In this document: positions 13,429 through 20,427 of the stretch, piece after piece | How positions within the stretch are numbered: the first letter of the stretch is position 1 | Layout of the letters: the number at the start of each line of letters is the position of its first letter | DNA from: a virus | Length of the DNA stretch: 42,617 bases | Virus record (IMG/VR): IMGVR_UViG_3300035400_000018 | Direction: 5' to 3' (one strand) | The notes under the pieces: model-generated | Database searches by the model: none | Told to the model about the DNA's origin: nothing | The model's input: only the letters and a program-made list of their open reading frames with translations | Made by a program: the position numbers and the translations under genes

Positions 13429-14054
13429 GAAAGTTTTGGACTGACGCCGAAGACCGCTGGCTGATCGACAACTACCCGGACACGCTGGCAGAGGACATAG
13501 CAAAGCATTTGGGTCGCACTGTCCGGTCCGTTTATGCCCGCGCGAACGGCATGGGTCTCAAGAAAAGCGCCGAGTTTCTATCCAGCGAGGCGGCGGGCCG
13601 CACCAATCTGCTGAAGGCCGGAGAAAAACACAGATTTCACTCGGGGCAAACCCCGTGGAACGCCGGCAAGAAGGGTTGGCAGGCCGGAGGCCGCGCCAAG
13701 GAAACCCAGTTCAAGAAGGGGCGGAGGCCGCACACCTGGAACCCGGTCGGCCATGAGCGCTTGACCAAGGATGGATACCTGCAGCGCAAGGTCACGGACA
13801 CCGGCTGCACGCCGCGCGACTACCGGATGGTCCACCACTTGGTGTGGGAGGAAGCCGGCGGAGAGATCCCACCCGGACACGTCCTTGTGTTCCGCAACGG
13901 TAACAAGCGGGACATCCGCCCGGAAAATCTGGAACTGATCACCCGGGCCGAGAACGCCCGCCGTAACTCCATCCATCGTTATCCGCCAGAGCTTCGCGCC
14001 GCCATGAGAGCAGCGGGCAAGCTGCGCCGGAAAATCCAGGAGGCTGAATCATGA
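13425..14054 (+). CDS. HNH endonuclease with an N-terminal Myb/SANT-like domain (209 aa)
   Basis: WTDAEDRWLIDNYPD..., then DGYLQRKV...MVHHLVWEEAGGEIPPGHVLVFRNGNKRDIRPENLELITRAENARRN. AAGGAGG lies upstream of ATG 13425. Confidence 0.8.
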   Translation: MRKFWTDAEDRWLIDNYPDTLAEDIAKHLGRTVRSVYARANGMGLKKSAEFLSSEAAGRTNLLKAGEKHRFHSGQTPWNAGKKGWQAGGRAKETQFKKGRRPHTWNPVGHERLTKDGYLQRKVTDTGCTPRDYRMVHHLVWEEAGGEIPPGHVLVFRNGNKRDIRPENLELITRAENARRNSIHRYPPELRAAMRAAGKLRRKIQEAES

Positions 14055-14293
14055 AAAACCGCATCGAGGATCTGCGCAATCACCTGTTCGCCACCATCGA
14101 GGCGTTGTCCGACAAGGAAGAACCTATGGATCTGGACCGGGCCAAGGCCATTTCGGAGGTGGCCCAGACCATCATCAACAGCGCCAAGGTTGAGGTGGAG
14201 TTCCTGAAAGTCACCGACCGGGAGCGCGATAGCGGATTCCTGAGCAATGAGCGGCCGCAACTGCTGCCGATGCAAGGCGGGAAGAAATCGTGA
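14051..14293 (+). CDS. Hypothetical protein (80 aa)
   Basis: Coupled ORF (ATGA). No motif. Confidence 0.5.
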   Translation: MKNRIEDLRNHLFATIEALSDKEEPMDLDRAKAISEVAQTIINSAKVEVEFLKVTDRERDSGFLSNERPQLLPMQGGKKS

Positions 14294-14529
14294 TCCCCAT
14301 GGTTTCGGCTCAATGCCGTCCGAATAAGCCGCCCCGAGCCAAGCCTGAGCCAAGGCCGGGCCGGGCGCTGACCCCATTCACCGACCCTCAAGCCGCCCTG
14401 GAAGAGGCCCAGTTCCAGGCCGAAATGACCGGCTGGCCCCAGGCCATCGTAAACACGCCCGAGGGCATGGCGGTTGTGGCAAGGCATCGGGCCCATGGAA
14501 TGGAGATTTTGGAGGTGGTGCATGGCTGA
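14290..14529 (+). CDS. Hypothetical protein (79 aa)
   Basis: Coupled ORF. No motif. Confidence 0.45.
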   Translation: MIPMVSAQCRPNKPPRAKPEPRPGRALTPFTDPQAALEEAQFQAEMTGWPQAIVNTPEGMAVVARHRAHGMEILEVVHG

Positions 14530-14941
14530 CACGATCACCCTGTTCGCCAAAGAGCAGCTAGGCGACCTCATGAGTGAGCTGCTGCGCCGTGATTTCCCGG
14601 TGCGGGTCAAGATCACCAAGGCGAGCCGCACGCTTTCGCAGAACGCGCTGTACTGGCAGTGGCTCACCGTTATGGCGGCCCATTTCACCGAGCGCGGCCA
14701 CCGGCTCACCAAGGACGATGCCCACGACCTGATGCGGCACAAGTTCCTGGGCCACGAAACCAAGACCGTGGGCAAGACCGAAATCACCAAGCTGCGCAGC
14801 ACCGCCGAGCTGGATAAGGGCGAAATGACCGACTACATGACGCAGATCGACAACTGGTGCGTTGACCACGGGTGCCTGCTGCCCAAGCCCGAGGACAGCG
14901 AATACCAGCAGATCATGCGGGAAATGGGGGAGGTGGCATGA
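14522..14941 (+). CDS. ninB: NinB/Orf-family recombination mediator (139 aa)
   Basis: Sequence KASRTLSQNALYWQWLTVMAAHF resembles the NinB signature (R-L-QN ... W). ATG 14522 was chosen over the upstream alternative start. Confidence 0.7.
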   Translation: MADTITLFAKEQLGDLMSELLRRDFPVRVKITKASRTLSQNALYWQWLTVMAAHFTERGHRLTKDDAHDLMRHKFLGHETKTVGKTEITKLRSTAELDKGEMTDYMTQIDNWCVDHGCLLPKPEDSEYQQIMREMGEVA

Positions 14942-16392
14942 CCGCCTACTACAACGAAATCGACCCGTTCGCCGCCCAGTGGCTGCGCGAGCTGATAGCG
15001 GCCGGCCTGATTGCGCCTGGCGACGTTGACGAAAGGAGCATCGAGGATGTTCGACCAGATGACCTTGTGGGATACACCCAGTGCCATTTCTTCGCCGGAA
15101 TCGGCGTGTGGAGTTACGCCCTTCGCCGAGCCGGATGGCCCGACGACGCGCCAGTCTGGACCGGTTCCTGCCCATGCCAGCCTTTCAGCTCGGCAGGCAA
15201 AAGAGGCGGGTTTGATGACGAGCGGCACCTATGGCCCGCCTTCCACTGGCTTATCCAGCAGTGCGCGCCTCCAGCTGTCCTTGGAGAACAGGTTGCGAGC
15301 AAACCTACAGGGCCGTGGTTCGACCTTGTACAAGCTGACGTGGAAGCCCTGGGTTACGCCTTCGGGTGTGTCCCGTTCCCGTCTGCGGGCGTCGGTGCCC
15401 CGCATATCCGAGACCGTGCGTATTGGGTGGCCAACGCCGGCGGCTTGGGACTACAAGAGCGAATCGGCGAGCGACGAATTCAACGAGAAGCGGTGGGCTC
15501 ATGCGAGGGGGAAGCCGCTGTCGGCGGTGGTCACGTTGGCGGGCTGGCCAACGCCAGGGGCCAACAACTACAAGGGGCAGCCGGAGACGGCGAGAGGCCT
15601 GGAAAATCTGGATGGAAAGGCGCTGCTAGCTGGCTGGGCAACACCCAGGGCGAACGATGCGGAGAAGCGCGGGCAATTGGCGCCGGACATACGGAACGGT
15701 CTGCCAATGCAGGCTCAGCAATTGGGGCCGCTCCGTCTGACGGCTTCTGGCGAGACGCTGACTGGCTCCTCTGCCGGGATGGAAAGCTCCGGCCAGTTGA
15801 ACCCGGCCCACAGCAGATGGTTGATGGGTCTGCCGACTGCGTGGGACGAGTGTGCGCCGAAGGAGTTACCAAAGCGGAGGAAGAAATAGATGGATGGTCG
15901 AAGCGACATTCTGTCGACGCCGGAGAAGCTTTGCGAAATCTGTGGGTCAAGCTTTCAGAGGAGGCGCTTGGCGAGCGGGCGCCTGGAGGACCGTGGGGCA
16001 TATTTGAGGCGCCGATTCTGCTCGCTTTTCTGCGCCAACTCTCGGAGCAAGGGTGGCGCTTCTCGGACGCGCTCACATGTTCGCGCTCGGACGCATCTAG
16101 GGCCATGTTGCGAGCACTGCGGTTCGACCGAGAAGCTGCATGTCCATCATGCGGACGAGAATTGGCGGAACAACGATCCGATGAACCTGCAAACCCTTTG
16201 CGAGAGCTGTCACAGATCCTGGCACGCAACGCAGAGAGCTCGTGGGGTGAAACCTGCTGGACGTATGCCGGCAAAGGGTTCCCTCTAGCCAAGAACGCTT
16301 CCGCCCGAGTGGGACGACTGCGCGGTTATGGCAATGCCATCAATGCCCAAGCGGCCACGGCGTTCATCCAAGCCGTGATGGAGGTGGCCTGA
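14938..16392 (+). CDS. DNA (cytosine-5)-methyltransferase, frame 1 (484 aa if read straight through)
   Basis: Motifs FFAGIG (I-like), PCQPFS (IV), GEQV (ENV-like, VI), APHIRDR (VIII) and GYGNAI (X-like) at the C-terminus. GGGGGAGG lies before ATG 14938. The middle (about 15430-15740) is low-complexity with poor third-position G+C, and the frame also runs through an HNH gene. Confidence 0.75.
   Translation: MTAYYNEIDPFAAQWLRELIAAGLIAPGDVDERSIEDVRPDDLVGYTQCHFFAGIGVWSYALRRAGWPDDAPVWTGSCPCQPFSSAGKRGGFDDERHLWPAFHWLIQQCAPPAVLGEQVASKPTGPWFDLVQADVEALGYAFGCVPFPSAGVGAPHIRDRAYWVANAGGLGLQERIGERRIQREAVGSCEGEAAVGGGHVGGLANARGQQLQGAAGDGERPGKSGWKGAASWLGNTQGERCGEARAIGAGHTERSANAGSAIGAAPSDGFWRDADWLLCRDGKLRPVEPGPQQMVDGSADCVGRVCAEGVTKAEEEIDGWSKRHSVDAGEALRNLWVKLSEEALGERAPGGPWGIFEAPILLAFLRQLSEQGWRFSDALTCSRSDASRAMLRALRFDREAACPSCGRELAEQRSDEPANPLRELSQILARNAESSWGETCWTYAGKGFPLAKNASARVGRLRGYGNAINAQAATAFIQAVMEVA
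15047..15889 (+). CDS. Overprinted frame-2 ORF (280 aa) with GW[PA]TP repeats and an LMGLP..W C-terminus
   Basis: AAGGAG (15033-15038) lies 8 nt before ATG 15047. Sequences [59 protein letters not shown]. Third-position G+C is higher than frame 1 in sampled windows. Confidence 0.55.
   Translation: MFDQMTLWDTPSAISSPESACGVTPFAEPDGPTTRQSGPVPAHASLSARQAKEAGLMTSGTYGPPSTGLSSSARLQLSLENRLRANLQGRGSTLYKLTWKPWVTPSGVSRSRLRASVPRISETVRIGWPTPAAWDYKSESASDEFNEKRWAHARGKPLSAVVTLAGWPTPGANNYKGQPETARGLENLDGKALLAGWATPRANDAEKRGQLAPDIRNGLPMQAQQLGPLRLTASGETLTGSSAGMESSGQLNPAHSRWLMGLPTAWDECAPKELPKRRKK
15830..15859 (+). repeat. Left copy of the imperfect 30-bp direct repeat flanking the HNH cassette
   Basis: CTGCCGACTGCGTGGGACGAGTGTGCGCCG matches 16298-16327 at 21/30 positions. 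The offset of 468 bp is a multiple of 3. Confidence 0.6.
15890..16288 (+). CDS. HNH endonuclease (132 aa), frame 2, nested inside the methyltransferase frame-1 ORF
   Basis: GGAGG (15876-15880) lies 9 nt before ATG 15890. Sequences CEICGS and [39 protein letters not shown]. Confidence 0.7.
   Translation: MDGRSDILSTPEKLCEICGSSFQRRRLASGRLEDRGAYLRRRFCSLFCANSRSKGGASRTRSHVRARTHLGPCCEHCGSTEKLHVHHADENWRNNDPMNLQTLCESCHRSWHATQRARGVKPAGRMPAKGSL
16298..16327 (+). repeat. Right copy of the imperfect 30-bp direct repeat flanking the HNH cassette
   Basis: CTTCCGCCCGAGTGGGACGACTGCGCGGTT encodes LPPEWDDCA in frame 2 and SARVGRLRG in frame 1. Confidence 0.6.
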
Positions 16393-16763
16393 TGCAAGGC
16401 GGCAAAGCACCCACGGCAGCCCAGCGCCGGTGGCATCAATGGCTCCGGGACCAGGGCTGCGCCTGCTGCGGCATGCCGGCGGAGATCCATCACTGCGTCG
16501 GGTCCACGGGCAAGCACAACAAGGTGTGGATAGGCCAAGATTTCTGCCTGCCCCTGTGCCCGCGCCACCACCGGCACGAGGCGTCGATCGACAAAAACAC
16601 CGCCCAGTTCGTCACCGAGTATTACGGCTCACCCCGGGACATCGGCCGGCGGGGCATGGAGAAGACCATTTTTGCCGGGCTGGTGGCGCACTACCGCCGC
16701 ATGAAGGGCGAGCTGCCGTGTTCGGCGGAGGTGCTGGCTGCGATTGAGGACTACCACCGTTAG
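16392..16763 (+). CDS. Cys/His-rich putative nuclease (123 aa), NinG/Ref-like
   Basis: Sequences CACCGMPAEIHHCVG and LPLCPRHHRHE. TGATG overlap with the methyltransferase stop. Family assignment is tentative. Confidence 0.45.
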   Translation: MQGGKAPTAAQRRWHQWLRDQGCACCGMPAEIHHCVGSTGKHNKVWIGQDFCLPLCPRHHRHEASIDKNTAQFVTEYYGSPRDIGRRGMEKTIFAGLVAHYRRMKGELPCSAEVLAAIEDYHR

Positions 16764-16774
16764 AGGAGACCGCC

Positions 16775-17026
16775 ATGATTGGCGTCATTAAGTGCGAAGA
16801 AAGTCTGGTTTTTGAGTTTCAGCCGCGATTCGGCGGGCCGTATTTCAAATGGCTTCAGATTCCGATTCCTAATGTTTTTCGTGGCTTGAGCGAGGGGGAG
16901 TACGGAGTTTCGTTCAGTCTCGGCAAAGGATGGAAATACTGGACGTTATGGGTTCATAAGGGCTCGGGCGTCGAAGTATGGGATCTCCGTAGGATCGCCA
17001 ACAGGGTCCGTCAGCTTTGGAGCTGA
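16775..17026 (+). CDS. Hypothetical protein (83 aa), AT-richer
   Basis: AGAGGAG lies before ATG 16775. No motif. Composition differs from the neighbours. Confidence 0.45.
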   Translation: MIGVIKCEESLVFEFQPRFGGPYFKWLQIPIPNVFRGLSEGEYGVSFSLGKGWKYWTLWVHKGSGVEVWDLRRIANRVRQLWS

Positions 17027-17031
17027 AACCC

Positions 17032-17412
17032 ATGCTGCCCAGCGAGAGCCAGGAACAGATCACCGTGGTGCGCTGGTTCGACCTGAGCCACCGAGACCTG
17101 AAAGGACGGCTGATAGCGGTGCCCAACGGCGCCCACCTGGCCGGCAGCGGTAAACAGCGGGCGGCGAAGATGGCGCGGATGAAGGCGGAGGGTCTGCGCC
17201 CGGGATTCCCCGACCTGTTCCTGCCGGTGCCGGCCCACGGCTTCCACGGGCTGGCTATCGAAATGAAGCGGCAGAAGGGCAGCACGACCAGTCGGGAGCA
17301 AATCGAATGGCTGGAATGGCTAGCCGAGCAGGGCTACATGACGGCGCTGTGCAAGGGCGCCCAGGCGGCCATGGACACGATCAATTCGTATTTGGGAGAG
17401 GCAAATGGCTAA
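17032..17412 (+). CDS. VRR-NUC domain nuclease (126 aa)
   Basis: Sequences SESQEQITVVRWF, NG...AAKMARMKAEGLRPGFPDLFL, GLAIEMKRQKG..SREQIEWLEWLAEQGY (PD-ExK-type core). GGAG lies 9 nt before ATG 17032. Confidence 0.85.
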   Translation: MLPSESQEQITVVRWFDLSHRDLKGRLIAVPNGAHLAGSGKQRAAKMARMKAEGLRPGFPDLFLPVPAHGFHGLAIEMKRQKGSTTSREQIEWLEWLAEQGYMTALCKGAQAAMDTINSYLGEANG

Positions 17413-17617
17413 CGCAGCAGACTTGGCAGGCGAGCTGATCGAGGAGCGGGACGCAGCGCGTGAGCAGGTGATTGCGGCCCGGCGTCAGCAGTTCGAGAGC
17501 GAATCCGAGACGCATTGTGTGGAGTGCGACGACAAAATACCAGAGCGGCGGCGGGCCTTGGGCGGCGTAACCCGCTGCGTGGACTGTCAGGGCATTTTCG
17601 AGGCGAGAGGGCGGTGA
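17405..17617 (+). CDS. TraR/DksA-family C4 zinc-finger protein (70 aa)
   Basis: Sequence CVECDDKIPERRRALGGVTRCVDCQ. Confidence 0.85.
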   Translation: MANAADLAGELIEERDAAREQVIAARRQQFESESETHCVECDDKIPERRRALGGVTRCVDCQGIFEARGR

Positions 17618-17618
17618 T

Positions 17619-17993
17619 ATGGCACTGGTGAACGATGATGCGGCGACCTGCATGCCGCCGGCGCTGGATTTCCTTTTGTCGCAATGGGGCATCTGGAGCC
17701 GCATGGCAAGGCCTGGCCCGAAGAGCTACACGAGCAGCGCAGGAAAGACACAGGAGATGCTTGTTCAGCAGAACACAGACAACGACACCTTTCTTGCCGG
17801 GGACGATCTCGCGGAGGCTGTTGATGCTGCGGTCAATAAGCAGGCGCCTGGGGATAAGTCGATATTGGTGAGTTATTTTGTATCCAGATACCCGCTTCGG
17901 CTCATGGCTCGAATGCATGGCGTGTCCCGGGAAGGGATGCTGAATTTAATATCCCGTGCGGCGGCACGCGTTGAATCCACAATGGAGGACTGA
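17619..17993 (+). CDS. Putative late-gene antiterminator, Q-like (124 aa)
   Basis: LSQWGIWSR near the N-terminus and LVSYFVSRYPLRLMARMHGVSREGMLNLISRAAARVE resemble the Q-type (phage 82 group) pattern as recalled. Positioned upstream of the late promoter and lysis genes. Confidence 0.55.
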   Translation: MALVNDDAATCMPPALDFLLSQWGIWSRMARPGPKSYTSSAGKTQEMLVQQNTDNDTFLAGDDLAEAVDAAVNKQAPGDKSILVSYFVSRYPLRLMARMHGVSREGMLNLISRAAARVESTMED

Positions 17994-18517
17994 TGCCACT
18001 CGAGAAAGACGACATTTGTCCAGTGTACGCTCCGAGAAACCCCTATTCGTTCGAGTCTTATACCCCAATAGGCTTAAGCGAAGAATTCCTCGACAAGCTG
18101 GAGGCGCTAGAAAAGTTCGAGGAGTTGCACGAAGCGGGGCGGACGCCCAAGCTCAGCCCAAAGCAGAAGAGCGCGCTTTTGCAGGCGATGCATAATGCCA
18201 AGTACATCTATTTCGTGCTCTCCGAAGATTCTGGACTGGTGAAGATCGGCAAAACTAAAGACATAAAAAAGCGATTTGCCAGCCTTCAAACGATGTCCCC
18301 TGTGCCGCTCAGGATTATCGGATGCTTCAGGGCGCACGATGAATTGGAAGGCACCCTGCACTCGAGGTTTGCCAAGTATCGACACCATGGCGAATGGTTC
18401 AAGCTCAGCGATGAGATCGTGAAGTTGATCGAGTTGGGCGCAGAGAAGGGTGTGCGAGCCCTGGTTTGGGATTGCGCCCAATGGGTGAAAGTAAATGATC
18501 CATGCAGGCTCCGTTGA
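17993..18517 (+). CDS. T5orf172 / MUG113 (GIY-YIG-superfamily) domain protein (174 aa), AT-richer moron
   Basis: Sequence YIYFVLSEDSGLVKIGKTKDIKKRFASLQTMSPVPLRIIG...LHSRFAKYRHHGEWFKLS. Confidence 0.7.
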   Translation: MPLEKDDICPVYAPRNPYSFESYTPIGLSEEFLDKLEALEKFEELHEAGRTPKLSPKQKSALLQAMHNAKYIYFVLSEDSGLVKIGKTKDIKKRFASLQTMSPVPLRIIGCFRAHDELEGTLHSRFAKYRHHGEWFKLSDEIVKLIELGAEKGVRALVWDCAQWVKVNDPCRLR

Positions 18518-18542
18518 CATCGGCGAAAGTATCGGATAAATT
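18514..18542 (+). promoter_or_regulatory. Candidate late promoter (PR'-like)
   Basis: TTGACA (18514-18519), a 17-nt spacer, then TAAATT (18537-18542). Followed by palindrome GGTCA-TAG-TGACC and a strong terminator about 35 nt downstream. Confidence 0.45.
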
Positions 18543-18576
18543 TTCCGTGTAGAGTGGTCATAGTGACCGCTGCCGA

Positions 18577-18607
18577 AAGCCCTGGCCCTCAAAGCCGGGG
18601 CTTTTTT
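18577..18607 (+). terminator. Intrinsic terminator (tR'-like)
   Basis: AAGCCCTGGC (18577-18586) / GCCGGGGCTT (18594-18603) with one G-U pair, 7-nt loop, T run to 18607. Confidence 0.7.
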
Positions 18608-18637
18608 GTGCCGGAATCCCCCAACCGGCCATCCCCG

Positions 18638-18666
18638 AGACCCGCCCCGTGCGGGTCTTTCTATTT
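18638..18666 (+). terminator. Second hairpin / possible terminator
   Basis: AGACCCGC (18638-18645) / GCGGGTCT (18651-18658), loop CCCGT, followed by TTCTATTTC. Confidence 0.45.
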
Positions 18667-18678
18667 CTGGACCTGGAC

Positions 18679-19092
18679 ATGCCTCAATTCAGCGAACGCA
18701 GCAAGCAGCGCCTGGCGACCTGCCACGCCGACCTGCAGGTGCTGATGGCTGAGGTCGTGAAAGACTTCGACTGCACCATCATCACCGGTCACCGTGACCG
18801 CGTGACGCAGAACCGCATGGTGGAGCAGGGCAAGAGCCAGGTCCGCTGGCCGAACAGCCGGCATAACAGCGAGCCCAGCGAGGCGGTCGATGTGGCGCCG
18901 TATCCCATCGACTGGCAAGACCGCGAGCGGTTTCACTATTTCGCCGGCTTCGTAATGGGCACGGCGGCGCGCCTGCGCCAAGAGGGCAGGATCCGCTCCT
19001 ATTTGCGGTGGGGTGGGGATTGGTCAATGGACACGGAAGTAAAAGACAATAAGTTCGATGATCTTGTCCACTATGAAATAGTGGCGAATTAG
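18679..19092 (+). CDS. Endolysin, peptidase M15 family (137 aa)
   Basis: Sequences CHADLQ, TGHRDRVTQN, SRHNSEPSEAVDVAP, LRWGGDW, DLVHYE (H-x-D and H zinc-ligand pattern of M15 peptidases). Confidence 0.85.
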   Translation: MPQFSERSKQRLATCHADLQVLMAEVVKDFDCTIITGHRDRVTQNRMVEQGKSQVRWPNSRHNSEPSEAVDVAPYPIDWQDRERFHYFAGFVMGTAARLRQEGRIRSYLRWGGDWSMDTEVKDNKFDDLVHYEIVAN

Positions 19093-19583
19093 GGTTTTTC
19101 TGCTTTGCTGGCGTACTCGCCAAAATGCTCATTGGCAGCCTTCATGTAGGCTGCAACGGCTTGCTCCTCACTGGGAAAGCGTCCCAGTCTGATTCTCTTG
19201 CCGTTAATGGTTAGTTCGGCTCTCCAGCGCTGGGTGCAGTTTTCAAAATGCACACCTTTAAACCGTGATGTTTTGGACTGAACCCGCTTTCTGTTGGCGT
19301 TGTTCTGGCTTCTTTCGCAAACTCGCAGGTTGCAAAGGCGATTATCCAGGCCGTTGCCATTCTTGTGATCGACATCAAGCCCCTTGGCGGCGCCTGTAAT
19401 TATTCGATGCATGTAGAAAAGGCCGCCTTTCCTTTGTCCGGCAGGGTAGCCCCTGGCATAAACGCAATGGCTCGCACTATGAAGATGCCAGACCCAGTTT
19501 TCGGCCAAATCGGAAAATTCATCATCAAGGAGAACGGTTTGTTCTTTCAGTTTTATCTCAATCATTGGGGCAATATGCGCCAT
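19089..19583 (-). CDS. HNH endonuclease with a C-terminal AP2 domain (164 aa), antisense to the lysis cassette
   Basis: Sequences MHRIITGAAKGLDVDHKNGNGLDNRLCNLRVCERSQNNAN and SRFKGVHFENCTQRWRAELTINGKRIRLGRFPSEEQAVAAYMKAANEHFGEYA. AT-richer. Confidence 0.85.
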   Translation of the reverse strand: MAHIAPMIEIKLKEQTVLLDDEFSDLAENWVWHLHSASHCVYARGYPAGQRKGGLFYMHRIITGAAKGLDVDHKNGNGLDNRLCNLRVCERSQNNANRKRVQSKTSRFKGVHFENCTQRWRAELTINGKRIRLGRFPSEEQAVAAYMKAANEHFGEYASKAEKP

Positions 19584-19603
19584 TGGGACAGGAAGAGCAA
19601 GCA

Positions 19604-19816
19604 GTGAGCCGCATATACCAATTCATCAGCAGTAACGCCCTTGTGGTGCTGATCCTGCTGATTGAGGGCGCGGTGATGTTCGCTTGGGTGACCTACCGGG
19701 TGTTCGGAGACAACCCGCCGGACATCAGCGGCGGCACTGCCACGGCTTACGGGGCATTTCTGGCTATCCCGCCGGCCCTGATCAAGTTCTGGCAGTGGCG
19801 CCGGGAGCAGAAATGA
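19604..19816 (+). CDS. Putative holin (70 aa, GTG start; alternative TTG 19565)
   Basis: Two hydrophobic helices (ALVVLILLIEGAVMFAWV and TATAYGAFLAIPPALI). Precedes the spanins. GTG 19604 follows GGAAGAG and avoids overlap with the antisense HNH start. Confidence 0.5.
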   Translation: MSRIYQFISSNALVVLILLIEGAVMFAWVTYRVFGDNPPDISGGTATAYGAFLAIPPALIKFWQWRREQK

Positions 19817-20202
19817 CCTGGCTCTCCCTGCTGAAGAAAGGCGGCCCGTATCTGGTTGTGCTGGCCGTAGTTGCGGCAATCGCCGCCGGCGGTTGGGTGG
19901 GTCGCGGCTGGTATGAGGATAGCCAGGACCTGGCCGAAGAACGAGGCGCCCAGGCCGCCATCGAGGCCGCCATGGCCCGCGAATCCAAGATCGCCGAGAA
20001 GGTGGAGGCTCGCCTTGCTGACCTGAAGGCGAACGAACGCATCATTGATCGCGGGGTGATCCGTGAGATCCAGAATCCTGTTTATCGCAACGTGTGCCTG
20101 CCTGCTGGCGGTCTCCGGCTGCTCAACGCGGCCGCCCGAGGCGAGCCCGTACCAGGAGAATCTGATGACCCGCTGCCCCGAGACTCTCCCGACCCTGAGT
20201 AA
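19813..20202 (+). CDS. i-spanin (Rz-like, 129 aa)
   Basis: N-terminal TM helix GGPYLVVLAVVAAIAAGGWV, then a coiled-coil periplasmic domain. ATGA overlap with the holin stop. Confidence 0.7.
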   Translation: MTWLSLLKKGGPYLVVLAVVAAIAAGGWVGRGWYEDSQDLAEERGAQAAIEAAMARESKIAEKVEARLADLKANERIIDRGVIREIQNPVYRNVCLPAGGLRLLNAAARGEPVPGESDDPLPRDSPDPE

Positions 20203-20305
20203 CGGCGAGGCGGGCACGGTCCTGCGCACCATGACCGAGTGGGCCAGCCAGTATCACGACTGCGCCACCCGGCATAACGGCCTGATCGAGGCCATCCGAG
20301 AATGA
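20063..20305 (+). CDS. o-spanin lipoprotein (Rz1-like, 80 aa) overlapping the i-spanin 3' end in another frame
   Basis: Lipobox LLAVSGC, followed by a proline-rich mature N-terminus CSTRPPEASPYQ. GTG 20063. Confidence 0.75.
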   Translation: MRSRILFIATCACLLAVSGCSTRPPEASPYQENLMTRCPETLPTLSNGEAGTVLRTMTEWASQYHDCATRHNGLIEAIRE

Positions 20306-20427
20306 AGCGCTGGCTGTACACCACGGTGTACGCCCTGACGCTCACGCTCATCATCGTTTTTCTTTTCTGGCTTGTGGCTGCGTGGATTGCGCGGCAATGG
20401 TGGAGATCGTCCCGGGATGACACATGA
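20302..20427 (+). CDS. Small membrane protein (41 aa), not in the supplied ORF track
   Basis: ATGA overlap with the o-spanin stop. MKRWLYTTVYALTLTLIIVFLFWLVAAWIARQWW has one TM helix. Confidence 0.35.
   Translation: MKRWLYTTVYALTLTLIIVFLFWLVAAWIARQWWRSSRDDT

Noticed and set aside
15830-16327. Group I/II intron interpretation of the HNH cassette in the methyltransferase gene.
   Set aside because: Frame 1 remains open across the whole segment, and the insert length is a multiple of three. I could not identify intron core pairings or boundary signatures by eye. This is not formally excluded, and RT-PCR would settle it.
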